Shown: positions 13,492-27,779, numbered from the stretch's first letter. The stretch: DNA of 64,000 bases from Eledone cirrhosa (GCA_964016885.1 OZ024743.1:682001-746000); one strand, 5' to 3'. Notes: generated by a model from the sequence alone, not told the origin. Made by a program: numbers and translations.

Positions 13492-14045
13492 GTATGTATG
13501 TATGTATTTGTATGAGTACGTATACATGTTCAAACAGACATATCCTTTCTTTGCCCCAGAATTCTTCCCTCTGCTAGCGCATGCTCAGCTACTTCTCTCC
13601 AATTTCCGGTCCCTCATATTCCTTTTTTCACGATATGTTTGTCTGCTCTACTCTCTTTTATCCATATATTGATGAAATTCTATTTCAATTTGCCTTCTTT
13701 GAACATTTTCCTTTGCACAACTTGCCCGCTCCATATCCTGTTTTCTTTCCTGTTGTAAGGCTTACTGATAGTTTTGTATGTAGTCGCTTTGCTGTGCTAG
13801 TCGAAGGACACACACTTGGATTGCTCTATTTATAGTTTGTTATGTTGTCACATATGCTTGTTTTCGGTTGATTGTTAAGCCCTCATGCAACCTAGACTCA
13901 ATATGATGCGATCCCTTCCTTATGTATGAAATTGTATTGCACAGAGACTGGACAAATAGGGAGGTATTTGCTTTTATTAATTCGCCACACATATTTCGTT
14001 ATTTTCGTGTACAACATTGCCATCACAAACACATTTATATATATA

Positions 14046-14093
<48 letters not shown>

Positions 14094-14635
14094 TATATAT
14101 ATATATATATGTGTTTGTGATGGCAATGTTGCACACGAAAATAACGAAATATGTGTGGCGAACCAATAAAAGTAAATACCTCCCTATTTGTCCAGTCTCT
14201 GTGCAATACAATTTCATACATAAGGAAGGGATCGCATCATATTGAGTCTAGGTTGCATGAGGGCTTAACAATCAACCGAAAACGAGCATATGTGACAACA
14301 TAACAAACTATAAATAGAGCAATCCAAGCGTGTGTCCTTCGACTAGCACAGCAAAGCGACTACATACAAAACTATCAGTAAGCCTTACAACAGGAAAGAA
14401 AACAGGATATAGAGCGGGCAAATTGTGCAAAGGATAATGTTAGAAGGAGGCAAATTGAAATAGAATTTCATCAATATATGGTGAAAAGAGAGTAGAGCAG
14501 ACAAACATATCGTGAAAAAAGGAATATGAGGGACCGGAAATTGGAGAGAAGTAGCTGAGCACACGCTAGCAGGGGGAAGAATTCTGGGGCAGAGAAAGGA
14601 TATGTCTGTTTGAACATGTATACGTACTCACACAA

Positions 14636-14650
<15 letters not shown>
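13492..14650. repeat. About 1.15-kb imperfect palindrome centred on a (TA)n/(TG)n tract
   Basis: 13492-14060 is the reverse complement of 14085-14650 with scattered substitutions; the ORF track shows mirror ORFs. Confidence 0.92.
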
Positions 14651-14691
<41 letters not shown>

Positions 14692-14699
14692 ATAAATAT

Positions 14700-15600
14700 A
14701 TTTGTTTCTACTTTTGGGACAAGGCCAGCAATTACCCAGTGCATTACTGGTACTTTATTTTATCAACCCCGTAAGGATAAAAGGCAAAGTCAACCTCGGC
14801 GGGATTTGAACTCAGATCGTAAAGGGACGTAACTATGTTGGAAAGCATGGCGTCCGACCCTCTACCGATACTGCCAATCCACCGCCCTTGTGCGTGTATA
14901 AATATAATGATGTCTTACATGTATGTGTAATAAATACACTAAATACGTAATGAATGAAGGACTAAAATATTTGTAGATTCAAAATATTATTTATTATTAA
15001 TTGTTTCTACTTTTGGCACAAGGCCAGCAATTTTTCAGTGAATTACTGGTACTTTATTTTATCGACCCCGTAAGGATGAACGGCAAAGTTAACCTCGGCG
15101 GGATTTGAACTAAGATCATAAAGGGAGGTAAATCTATGCTTCAAAACATGGCGTCCGACCCTCTACTGATACTGCAACGACTGTATAGCGGTGGATTGGC
15201 AGTATCGGTAGCGCGTCAGACAACATGCTTTGCGTCATAGAGTTATTTACGGGATCGATAAAATAAAGCACCAGTAACGTACTGGTTCGATTTAATCGAC
15301 TTTCCCTCCACCCCCAAATTACTGGCGTTGTGCCTATAATAAAAATCATTGTTAATAGTGACTGTAGAGCAGCGGATTGGTAGTATCGGTAGAGCGTCAG
15401 ACAACATGCTTTGCGGCATAGAGTTACAGCCCTTTATGTTCTGAGTTCAAATCCCGCCGAGGTTAGCTTTCCCTTTAATCATTACGGGGTCGATAAAATA
15501 AAGCACCAGCAATGCACAGGGGTCGATTTGATTGAATTTCCACCCCACCCTCCTTCAAATTGCTGGCCTTGTACCTAAAATACAAACAATTGTTAATAGT
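14700..15600. mobile_element. Cluster of four main-family SINEs (14700-14887 -, 15000-15178 -, 15187-15350 +, 15370-15595 +)
   Basis: A box TGGCAGTATCGG, B box GTTCAAATCC and shared central domain ccgaggttaactttgcctttcatccttacggggtcgataaaataaagtaccag. The domain resembles the MetaSINE core from memory; not verified. Confidence 0.85.
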
Positions 15601-15989
15601 GATTGCTTACTTCGATGTTTCGCCGATACAATTGTTTTTTTTTCAGAACAATATTAGATGGTCTAATTCTTATATCATCATAGTAATATGTTGTAGAGAA
15701 GGGATAGTCTGGTGTTATAGTAAACAAACGTATATAAGGGATGATTAGATAAGAGGAAGAGTCGTGTGTAGATAGGACTGGTCAGAAGTAAGGGAAATAT
15801 TTTGGTATATGTCTACTTATACGATAACAATGTGAGAAAGGAAGATGTTTGGACAGTAGATGAGTGAGGCTATCTACGTCTCTCACAGTTTCGCTCAAGA
15901 TCTCATATTCTAATGGGTGTCATTTTATTTCAAATCATGCTGAACAAGTGTTACATAAGGAAACAATGTGTTTGTGTGAGAGGAGAGAA

Positions 15990-16021
15990 AATGGTGAGAG
16001 TTAGAGAGTGAGGGGGTGTTT

Positions 16022-16052
<31 letters not shown>

Positions 16053-16144
16053 AGAGAGAGAAAGGCGAAAAGAAAGAGAACACTTGTGTATGTATGGGAA
16101 AGATTTTTATCTACACCTCATTCTTTCTTTCTCTTACAATCTTA

Positions 16145-16229
<85 letters not shown>

Positions 16230-16326
16230 CCTTTCTTTTTCCGTCTCCTCTCCTACTCGTTCAGTCACTTTTCGCGTGTTTATGCATTATAGTTAAAAAT
16301 ATGTCCGATAAGTGTTATGTGCGACC

Positions 16327-16397
<71 letters not shown>

Positions 16398-16418
16398 TGT
16401 GTATGTGTGTGTGTGCCT

Positions 16419-16464
<46 letters not shown>

Positions 16465-17196
16465 GAGAGAGGGAGAGAGAGAGAGAGAGCAGGACAAGGA
16501 GAGTAGAGGGAGAATAAAAGCGAAAGAGTGCTATAACTTTACTTTCTCTTACATTTTTACACACTCTGTCAATATATGTGTCCGTTGCCATTATAGTTAC
16601 AATAATGCTTGACAAAAGTTATATTACAACTGAAAGAAAACGCGTATGAAGTATCAGAAACCTATCTCATGTTTTATTTCGCTCTTTATGTCTATTCTTT
16701 TTCTCTACCAAAAATTTACCCATGTCTGCTGGCATTATAATTAGAATAATGCTCAACAAATTATATAAGAAAACAATAAGCGAAATTCCAAACACTCATT
16801 TGTACAAACATACAAATAGCTTGAAGCATGTGTACAAATACCGGGATATGAGTAGCACATTCATATTACATCTTATGTAAGTAAGCATGTATACACATAT
16901 GTATGCATGTCTATATATATATATATATATATATGTATGAACGTTTATATGTATGTGTAGTTTTTCTATTAAGTGTGACAGTATATGTACGTTCTTATGA
17001 ATGTTATATATGTGCCTGTTCAAGCAAGTGTGGTCGCACGCATGAATCTATGCTTATCTATCTATCTACCTATATATCTATTTATCTATCTATCTATTTA
17101 ATTCTCATTCTTTCCCTCTTTTCTCCTTTCTCTCACTCCACACACACACTCAAACACTCATCTGTACACACGCGCGCATACACACGCGCGCGCGCG

Positions 17197-17251
<55 letters not shown>

Positions 17252-17402
17252 GTAGGTGTATATATGGATATATATATGTATATATATATATATGTATGTA
17301 CGTATACACACACGCATATAAATACACACACACACAAACACACATCTGTACACACAGGCACACACACACACACACACACATATATGTATATATATATAAA
17401 CA

Positions 17403-17450
<48 letters not shown>
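15990..17450. repeat. Compound microsatellite region: (GA)n, (CT)n, (GT)n, (CA)n, (TA)n
   Basis: Seen directly in the sequence. Confidence 0.9.
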
Positions 17451-17454
<4 letters not shown>

Positions 17455-17547
17455 ATACATGTACGATACTATTATAGGTTTATTTTGCTGACGGCGGAGC
17501 TTGAACCGTTTCTCCAAACAGAAAAGCTTAGCTGTCTGGCAAAAAAT

Positions 17548-17727
17548 AATTGTTTCTACTTTTAGCACAAGGGCAGTAATTATCCCAGTGTATTACTGGT
17601 ACTTTATTTTATCGACCCCGTAAGGATGAAAGGCAAAGTTAATCTCGACGGGATTTGAACTCAGACCGTAAAGGACGTAACTGTGCGTCAAAGCATGGCG
17701 TCCGACCCTCTATCGATACTGCCAATG
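17548..17727 (-). mobile_element. SINE (main family)
   Basis: Full-length match to the other copies. Confidence 0.85.
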
Positions 17728-17960
17728 CAAACAATAATATCTACTCTACTGTCCTACAATGAGGAGTACTAAGTTGGATAATGGCCACACTGGTCGTAAC
17801 TAATAACATTTCATTCATCTCTCCAACACCCACCCCTCTCTCTTTATATATATGTATATTTCTTTTATATATATATACATATATATACATATATATGAAT
17901 ATGTGTGTGTGTGTGTGTGTGTGCGGGCGCGCCTAGGGGTGCACTGTATGAACCTATGTG

Positions 17961-18001
<41 letters not shown>

Positions 18002-18004
18002 GTA

Positions 18005-18049
<45 letters not shown>

Positions 18050-18052
18050 ATA

Positions 18053-19018
18053 TGTAGATAAATCTACCAAAAGTTTACGGTAGTGTTCAATCCGTATGAA
18101 GAACTCAATGTAATCCAGATATCATGAAAAGAGAAGATGCATTCAAAAACTACGTTCGGTGAAAAATAAACGGAAAAGAGAGTCAAGATAAATTAATAAA
18201 ATAATGAATAAACAAAGAAACAGTTCCTTATATTAAAAAAATTCATCATTTTACGATCGTTTCTAGGATATATATGTGTTAGAGTTGGTATGCATATTCT
18301 ATAGATCTATGTACAATATTTATACAAACTATCAGAGGGAATATACATACCTACACATATATATGCTGTCTTCAAAAATAATGATATTTGTTTATTGAAA
18401 AAAAAACAAAGATTCAATACAATAGGTCTGTTTGGGAACAGGTTTTGAATTGACCAATAGAGAGATAGTGAGGGTCAGGATAGTAATATAGTAGTAGAAG
18501 AACCTTAAATTATGGGTAGAGGAAGGTAGATTTCAGTTTTGGATGGAAAAGAATATTATGAATGAAGGATTATTTTAGGGAAGAAATAGGTCTTATGCTG
18601 ACCTCAGAAATAATTTTATTTTTTCATTGAATAAAACCAACAAAGATCTAATATATTCTGTCTGTTTGGTAAGAGGTTTAGAATTAACCAATAGAAAGTT
18701 AATAATTGGCCAAATGGTAAAATAGTAGTAATTGAAGCTTATTTTAGGGGTGAAAATAGGTCAGGTGGTCAGTAAAAGGTATACAAGCAGTTGCTGTTAT
18801 AAAATAGTAATGCCAATACAAATATCTAAGGTGACTAAAGTTTTAAGATAAGAATGTTAGTGAAAAAAAATATATCTATTCAAAGAATATAAATTAATTT
18901 AATTGATGGGTATATTTATATTGATAAAATTATACTAATACATATAGATATGATAAATAAGAGTTAGATGCAGTTGAAAAGTGCTGTTACAGATGAGGGG
19001 AATTTATAAGAATATAAA

Positions 19019-19054
<36 letters not shown>

Positions 19055-20010
19055 TTATACATATATATATATATACATATACATATATATACACATACAC
19101 ACACATATATATATATATATACATATATATACACTTATATATATACATATATATACATATATATACACATACACACACACACACATACACACATATATAC
19201 ATATACATATACATATATATACACATATATATATATATATATATATACATAGATATATACATGCACATATACATACATACACATACATATACACACACAT
19301 ATACACTTATATATATACATATAATTATTGGGGGGGGGGTTAAATTTATTAGTGAGAAATAGTAAATATATATAGTTTTCAAGGAACATAGAGTCATAAC
19401 CTGAAGTTAAAGCATTATATATGTTTACTTAATGGTATCAGTTTTAGGAAATGATGTTTGTAAGAAGGAAAGCAAAATTATGTAGTTCATCAGTAGTAGA
19501 ATATTAATTATAGGTTAACTAAATTAAAAATAGTTTATATATTAATTTCAAAAGTGTATATTAATTAGGTTTATAATTTTTAAAGCAGAATTATGTAGTT
19601 CATCAGTAGTAGAATATTAATTATAGGTTAACTAAATTAAAAATAATTTATAAATTAATTTCTAAAGTGTATATTAATTAGGTTTATAATATTTAAAGGT
19701 TTTTCTCAGTTTATGATTACACGATATTATTAATTCCTGTCGCTTATTTAATAGGATATCCTTAGATTTCATTATTTCAAAAAGTTCTTGGGAACATAAT
19801 CTACATTCATTTGTACTATTTTGATAAGGGGTGGCCCTTTTGAGCACACTCCAGGTCATGTCATATTCTATATTCCTCTTTCTATAACTATTTATTATTT
19901 CAGCTAGAGATGTTGTATTAGCTAGTGCGGCATTTTTAAAACTATGTTTGTGGGTATTAAATCTTACCTTAAATTTGTTAGAGGTAGCTCCTATATATGA
20001 ATATATTTTT
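18053..20010 (-). mobile_element. 5'-truncated Penelope-like element with long AT-rich 3'UTR interrupted by (TA)/(TACA) repeats
   Basis: GIY-YIG C-terminal ORF on the minus strand. The 3' end is repeated at 6661-6836 and 43812-44072, and there is a 112-bp internal duplication at about 19478-19692. Confidence 0.75.
19674..20005 (-). pseudogene. PLE GIY-YIG endonuclease C-terminal part (possibly Naiad-type; clade not verified)
   Basis: YIGATSNKFKVRFNTHKHSF..TTSLAE..WSVLKRATPYQNSTNECRLCSQE..LLNKRQELIISCNHK. Confidence 0.85.
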
Positions 20011-20219
20011 AATATATGTCCTCTCTCTATCTCAGGAGAAAATTATAATAATTAGGTAGTAGATAAAGTTGCTGAACAAAAGAAATGTGGTAATATCTCG
20101 ATGCAGTCAACCAGAATAAAATAATTTTCAAAAGAAAACTAAACTGAACTGCAAATAGATAAAAACAAAAACAACTTCCGAGGTCATTGTCGTAACGGAA
20201 ATAACAATGGAAGCACAAC

Positions 20220-21645
20220 AATGCTAAAACCAACGAAACAATGTTGCAAATTAACTCCAAAATTAACCCACAGAAAAGAATGGCAGATAAACTACAAACC
20301 CCCAGAACATATTAAAACATTTTAATGACTTTACATAAAAAAGTCGGTAATAATCAAGAGAAGAAGAAAAATAATAATGAAAAAGTGAGGTTAAGGGAAG
20401 GGCAGACTCTACACTTCTGATTGTGCGGTCTATATCAGCAGCGCCGAGCAGAGAACGTGGGGGAAATATTGACCCGGACGACAGCTAGAGACAACGGCTG
20501 CATCAGCCATTACAATTACACTTTACTGGGAAGCACATCTCACGATTTTATGGAGGTGTCCGAGGACACCTGAGATCATGACGAAATGGAAATGTCTGGT
20601 TAAGTCTCGATATTTGGATACATTACACTCCTCTTTAGGAGTGTACAGTCACCAGGATAGAGGCCGGCAAGTTCCAGATTTGGGGGGACCCGGGCGCGTC
20701 AACGATCCTTCTTATAACGTCGTTGAAAGCAGTCGATCAATAGAACTGACCTGCATTGAGGTGACATGTGAGCAAATGTCCGAACTCCTCGACCATCGCT
20801 CTGAAATGACATTTCAGTGGCTTCCACAGGCGCAGGCCAAGACGTCGGGCGACACAGATGCGGAGGAACTCATCAATAACGGTACCTACTAATACCAGGT
20901 GTCGCTGTTTGGCTGCGATATTGACAGGAGGCACACTGTTCGTCCAGGAAGACGTGATCTGCGTGCAGATGGAACAGCATATTATGTCATCGACGCTGCG
21001 TTGATATCCAGCATACTGAGCCAATTGTAGCCATCGTCAACTCAAATGACTAGAACCGACACTCGTTCTCAGAGGCTAACGCCACTACCATCTCCTCGTC
21101 CCCAACATAAACCACTGCACCAGGATCTGAAAATTCAATAAGACCAGCATGCGCCAAGAACAACAACAATAGTAGCTGATACGATTACTGCACCAACGGC
21201 ATCAGCAGTAGTACTACCATCACCACCAACACCAGCACCAACGCCTGTAGAAGACATGCCTCTCCTTGACGTCACACAGATGGATACGGATTGTGACGAA
21301 GGTAACGACTGACAAGCAGTCTGCCATAAGAACAAAAAAAAGAAGAAAAAGCTCTTTGTCTTCGCCCTAAAAAAATGTGGAGAAAAGAAAAACGTTAAGC
21401 CTTTTGAAAACAAATGCCAACACCCACACAAGCCTCACCATCAACACCACCGCCACTACAAAGCCACCACCACCTCCACAGACACCAACAACAACATCCC
21501 AAACACAACCACACCCAACAACAGCAACAAATGCAAACCAAACAAATGAAAATAAACCGAATGAAGTACACAGCCCTAAATATCAAAAACCAGAAACCAG
21601 TGCACCACATAAAGCACAACACCATGATCACAGAAACATATGAGA
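20220..21645 (+). pseudogene. Probable decayed LINE ORF1-like region
   Basis: GC-richer broken ORFs ending in Thr/Pro-rich tracts and DTDCDEGND*QAVCHKNKKKKKK. This is the same architecture as the C-terminus of ORF1 at 1260-3144. Confidence 0.45.
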
Positions 21646-22039
21646 TCCCCCCCCCCAAAGAGAGCGAGCGAAAGAGAGAGAGAGAGGGGGGGGGGGGGCG
21701 AGTGATACGGGTTAGGGAGAGAGATAGGCAGGTCGATAGATGGATATATAGACAGATGGGTTAGCGGGATTGTAAGTAGGTGTGTTGGATGGATGGATAA
21801 ACCTGACCTCTATATGCAGCGGTTGCAATTGCATCGGCTCAAATATGAACCGGTCATTAACCGGTTACAGCTTGGAGCAGTATATTGGGTCCCACACTAA
21901 ACCGTTCCTCTACTGTTTAATGCATAGTGTACACTCTGACTTGCAGATTCGTATTTACAACATGCTATTTCACTAAATTCATGGATGACTAGATAGCGGC
22001 TGGGCGATACTTTAACGTATAACTCTTACTTAATTATAT

Positions 22040-22256
22040 ATAAAACAAGATGGTGTAGGGCAGAACAAAGGAGATAATAAAAACCCAGTAACTGAGAATG
22101 TCACAGAATGTGTGACGAAAGAGCTTTGACAATATATAAAGAAGCATCCGGTTATCGCACCAAACAGCCAAGCCGATATTTGTAATAAATTGAAGTGAAA
22201 ACAACAGGTGCATGTGTTTTAATGGAAGCATGACCCTTCCAAAGTATAACAATATA
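22040..22256 (+). mobile_element. Older diverged 3' end of the 44-48 kb PLE family with decayed HHR
   Basis: gtcacagaatgtgtgacgaaagagctttgac and catgacccttccaaagtataacaat. Confidence 0.75.
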
Positions 22257-22291
22257 TATCTTTGGATTTTAGTCTTCAAATTTATTATTAT

Positions 22292-22331
<40 letters not shown>

Positions 22332-22395
22332 AGAGAGAGAGAGAGAGGGGGGGGGGGGGCGAGGGAGATGGATAAAATGACTACGTACGTGTATA

Positions 22396-22585
22396 ATTGT
22401 TTCTACTTTGGGCACAAGGCCAGCAATTGTCCCAGTGCATTACTGGTGCTTTAATTTATCGACCCCGTAATGATGAAAGGCAAAGTTAACCTCGGCGGGA
22501 TTTGACCTTAGCCCATAAAGGGCTGTAACTCTATGCTGCAAAGCATAGCGTCCGACCCTCTAGCGATACTGCCAATCCACCGCCC
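22396..22585 (-). mobile_element. SINE (main family)
   Basis: Full-length match. Confidence 0.85.
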
Positions 22586-22678
22586 TAGACTACGTACAAA
22601 ATGGGTGGCTATCTGGCCACTTAGCTAGCTATATTGATAGTAACTAATTTTACTGAAAGGTCTTTAATCATAGGTGTG

Positions 22679-23023
22679 TGTTGTGTATGTAATATGTAGT
22701 ACCGTAAATAAATATATACATATACACCTGGTGCGTTTCAAAGGAACCAAACTCACACTATCACAGCATCCAACCCACTCACTCTCCATATCTTTCGGTA
22801 TCGAGAGCAAATTGGGGCCCACACGCTGGCCGCCCCGCGGACAGAGTACAGAAGGAGTACAGAGTACAGAAAGATGGTGAGGGTGACGCGCTGGACGTGC
22901 CATTCCAGCACGAGAGGGATCACACCTACAGGTAGCCAAATCTGTGCCGATGGTGGTGAGTAGGGATGTGACCCTACTGCTACGGGCTCGACCGCAAACC
23001 TGTCGGAGAGCAATCGTGTAACA
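22679..23023. mobile_element. Possible solo LTR
   Basis: GC-rich island bounded by TGTTG...TAACA. No target-site duplication found. Confidence 0.25.
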
Positions 23024-23366
23024 TAATTTTATTTCATTAAGCTCGATGTTATTATACTTTTGTTTGGTAACTGTGTTTTTCCTTTGAATTATTTTATTTT
23101 CATTGTTATTCATCTATAATTTCAATGATATATAGTTCACCTTATCTACCCTATCAATCACTTTCTGAACCCTGTCCATCTCTCAATCACTGTCCCTTTA
23201 CTTAAAGGTCCGAGCATCCAGAAATTCACCTTATATGGCCAACCCCTCCCTACCAACACTAGGATGGATTAGCCTGCATATACGTGCGAATGTGCATCTA
23301 CCTACCTACCTGTCGATCAATCTATCCACACACAAATAAAACGACCTATCTACCCAACTATTTAGA

Positions 23367-23458
<92 letters not shown>

Positions 23459-23579
23459 CCGTTTTCGGTATGCCTGACCGATTTAACTCACTCAATATGC
23501 AAATTAGGCTGCTCAGCCGTTAATTTTCATAAGGAAAGTATATACTTTCGAACGTTCAACTATCTGGCAGATGGGTATA

Positions 23580-23620
23580 CGGTGCTGATGATAGCTAACA
23601 AGCTTGAAACTAGTACATCG
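23580..23620 (+). ncRNA. Intact minimal type I hammerhead ribozyme within a ~300-bp non-coding unit (about 23458-23752)
   Basis: CGGTG-CTGATGA-T-AGCT aaca AGCT-T-GAAA-CTAG-TA-CATCG, with a palindromic CUAG cap on a 1-bp stem III. Confidence 0.85.
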
Positions 23621-23778
23621 TTCCTGTGTCAGTGTTGAACAAAAAGGTGACGTGGTTGCCAAACACCGTATGGCATAAATTCTGGCTGTTCAGTTTGTTG
23701 ACAAACGGACAAAGCGGCGTTATAATAAGCGTCTGCTAAACTGATACGTGCATATATGTATGTGTACCTGTATGTATA

Positions 23779-23847
<69 letters not shown>

Positions 23848-23850
<3 letters not shown>

Positions 23851-24444
23851 GCAATGAAATATCTATGATCTTCGGCAAATCACTGATGAGGGACGTATTT
23901 TATTACATGTTACCATGTGCTACCTGCAGTATTTTTCTCTATATTTTAATACATATATTTACCACTGCGATTCTGTGTTTTTTCTCTCTCTCTTACAGTT
24001 CCCCCATTCTCTCTGTTTCTCCCCCTCTGTCTTGTCCGTTAACTCTTCCTCACACTTTCACTCACTCACTGTTTTTCTCCCTCTTCTCTTCATTTCATCC
24101 TGCACTCACGGACGCTATTTTTTCTCTCTCTGCTCAATGGCATTCGTTCGTGCTGGACTATTCTTTCCCTAGCGCTCATATATTCACCTAGCTTACGCTA
24201 ACAGAATAATTTTTGAAGCTTGTTTCTCTCCCACGGTATGCTATCTTTTCTGTTGTTCCCCTGTCTCACTCGCTTTACGCGTTTTAATTGTCCTAATAAC
24301 TTATTTTGGTTATTATTGCACCGAAGTGAGATATATGATTTTTAATGCAATGAAATATCTATGATCTTCGGCAAATCACTGATGAGGGACGTATTTTATT
24401 ACATGTTACCATGTGCTACCTGCAGTATTTTTCTCTATATTTTA

Positions 24445-24452
<8 letters not shown>
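23848..24452. repeat. Partial tandem (496-bp period, about 109-bp direct repeat) between (TA)n runs; pseudo-LTR-like
   Basis: 23848-23957 is repeated at 24344-24453 and contains GAAA-TATC-TA-TGAT..ATCA-CTGATGA. Confidence 0.75.
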
Positions 24453-24515
<63 letters not shown>

Positions 24516-24627
24516 TGCTACTGTACGTCTGTATACATATATGTATGTACGTATACATACATACTTACATTTAAGTAAGTGCCATACTAAGAGTGAGAAA
24601 TGAAATTTCGTTTTCATTTTATTTCAA

Positions 24628-24715
<88 letters not shown>

Positions 24716-24716
<1 letters not shown>

Positions 24717-24770
24717 GTCTTCTACTGGACTAGAACTGTTTCATTCGAAGGGAATCATCAGGGAAAAGCC
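24716..24770 (-). ncRNA. Degenerate HHR related to 61031-61081
   Basis: CTGATGA-TTCCCTTCGAAT-GAAA-CAGTTCTAGTCCAG-TA; stems I and III are weakened. Confidence 0.55.
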
Positions 24771-24886
24771 AAATACATACATATATATATATATATATAC
24801 ATACATATGGCTCTGTCTACGTACATCGAGCTAACAGTATGGTGAGTAAGTGTTTATGCACATACCCTCCGAACTTACGTAAATAA

Positions 24887-25980
<1,094 letters not shown>

Positions 25981-26099
25981 AATATTTTTTTTTTCCTTGT
26001 TTATTTCTCTCTCTCCTTTTTGTGGGTTAGAAAATGATTAAAACGAAATGTTTTACTTTCTGTGAAGTGTTAAGGTATTAGTTGATTTATTTATTAATT

Positions 26100-27205
26100 T
26101 ACAATGGCATTTATTTATCTATTTGTATATTTAATAATTGTCTATTACCGGTTTCAGCATTGTTATGCATTATCAAATGATAGTGGTATGTATTGGTATA
26201 GAATGGTGGTGTTGCACATGTTAAAGAAATGGTGCTGAAAGAATAATGTTATTTACAAACAAAGTTTTTGAAGTGAAAAGAAACAAGAAAAAAAGGGCGT
26301 AAATAGAGCATAAAAAGTCAATGTGAAAGAAAAAATAATGTTATTTACAGGCATAGTTCTTGAAGTTAAGCAGATCAAAATGTGTTAATATAGCAAGGGT
26401 GCTTAGTTGATCTATGATTCCATGATGGAGGCAAATGGTGGACAGAGGTTTGATAGGATTTCCCTTTTTAGAGAATTAATATACAGGGGAGGCAATTCAT
26501 GCTGGATGATAATTAATTTATTTAAGAAAAAGGATTAGGTAGGGTGTGAGGGAGGTAACTCTTGTAAATGTTTGATTGTTTGTTCCAGTTTTAGTTTGGT
26601 CCGAAGTTTAGTGAATTAAGTAGGGGTTGGAATTTGTTAATAAAATATGTTTCCTTATTGATACGATGGATGAAAGTAGCGTTGTCTAGGAATTTGTAAA
26701 TGGGGAAATTTTTTAAGTTTGGATGTTGATTGGGTGTACAATAGACGATATGGTCACTAAATGCAATCTTTCTGTATTCCTGTATTTTAATTTGTGATTT
26801 ATGGACGGTCATACGTTGAAGGAGGCTGTTTTTTGTCTGTCCTATGTAGTGCTCTTGACAACCTCAGCAGGTCAAAACATAGATTAGGTTTTCAGATGCA
26901 CATGTAAAGTTGTGTTTAACTGTGATTTATGCATATGCCACAGTTGGGCCTTCCGCATTTTGTTACTGTAGGGTTCATTGTGAGGGTTTGTTGGATTTTG
27001 GCTTGTGTCAGGATGTTTTTTATGGATTTAGGTTGTCTTTTGCTCTTTATGATGATGTGTATTTGGAGGATTTTTTTCTTTCTTGGGTCTCTTTTTAGTA
27101 AAGGAATGTTCTGGAGGATGGTGTCGAATGCCTCATTGTTGAGGGGGTTGTGTGTGGAGATGTATGGTAGAGTTTTTTGTTGCGGTTCATTCCTTGGTTT
27201 CGGAA
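26100..27205 (-). mobile_element. Neptune-like Penelope-like element, 5'-truncated (Cys-rich linker + GIY-YIG + 3'UTR)
   Basis: LPYISTHNP..KRQPKSIKNIL..KCGRPNCGIC..FTCASENLIYVLTC*GCQEHYIGQT..RMTVH..KETYFINKFQPLLN. Confidence 0.85.
26141..26183 (-). ncRNA. HHR-like motif with U3-A8 core
   Basis: TTGATAA-T-GCAT aaca ATGC-T-GAAA-CCGG-TA-ATAG; stem I is imperfect. Confidence 0.55.
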
Positions 27206-27679
27206 TATATATATATATATATATATGAACTTCTCTCTTAATAGTTCCTAAGCTCAACGGAAACTCCGCACCTACTTCTCTAAACAACAATAGACACCAC
27301 CACTAACAGTCCGCATCTCCAGATGTCATTGCTCGTCTGGTCGATAAAAACCCTTCCCCGACCTACCAACACGGATAGTAACACCGCCTCTCACATTTTA
27401 TTATTTATTTGTGCTGTTTATGTGGGGAAATATGATATGTTTCAAAAATATATAACACAAACAAGTTTACACATGCCAATGTATTTGTATGTTTATTTGT
27501 GGCCACTGTTTATTTGTGCCTTTCTGTGTTTAGCTATTGCCAGTATAAATGACCTGAGGTTGATATGTGAATCTCTAAGAGTAATGGCTCTATGCATAGG
27601 TGAGTGTCTGTATATTTCAATATGGGATGAAGCTTGTGATGCATATATGTTATGTATCTCACCCCCTATCTCTCTCTCC

Positions 27680-27734
<55 letters not shown>

Positions 27735-27779
27735 CCTTTCTCTCTCTCTCTCTCTCTCTGTCACTATATATATATTCAT

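Noticed and set aside
14245-14300. HHR in the 13.5-14.6 kb palindrome arms (gcatgaggg..ccgaaa)
   Set aside because: The CUGANGA core is incomplete and there is no stem III or UH site.
19440-19692. SECIS or HHR around the duplicated CTGATGA downstream of the GIY-YIG ORF
   Set aside because: There is no SECIS stem with an apical AA and GA quartet, no downstream GAAA/stem set, and no in-frame TGA in the visible ORF.
26864-26866. In-frame TGA inside C*GC of the Neptune-like GIY-YIG read as selenocysteine
   Set aside because: It occupies a spacer position rather than a Cys position, and it is easily explained by CGA>TGA decay. The copy has other disruptions and no SECIS was seen.
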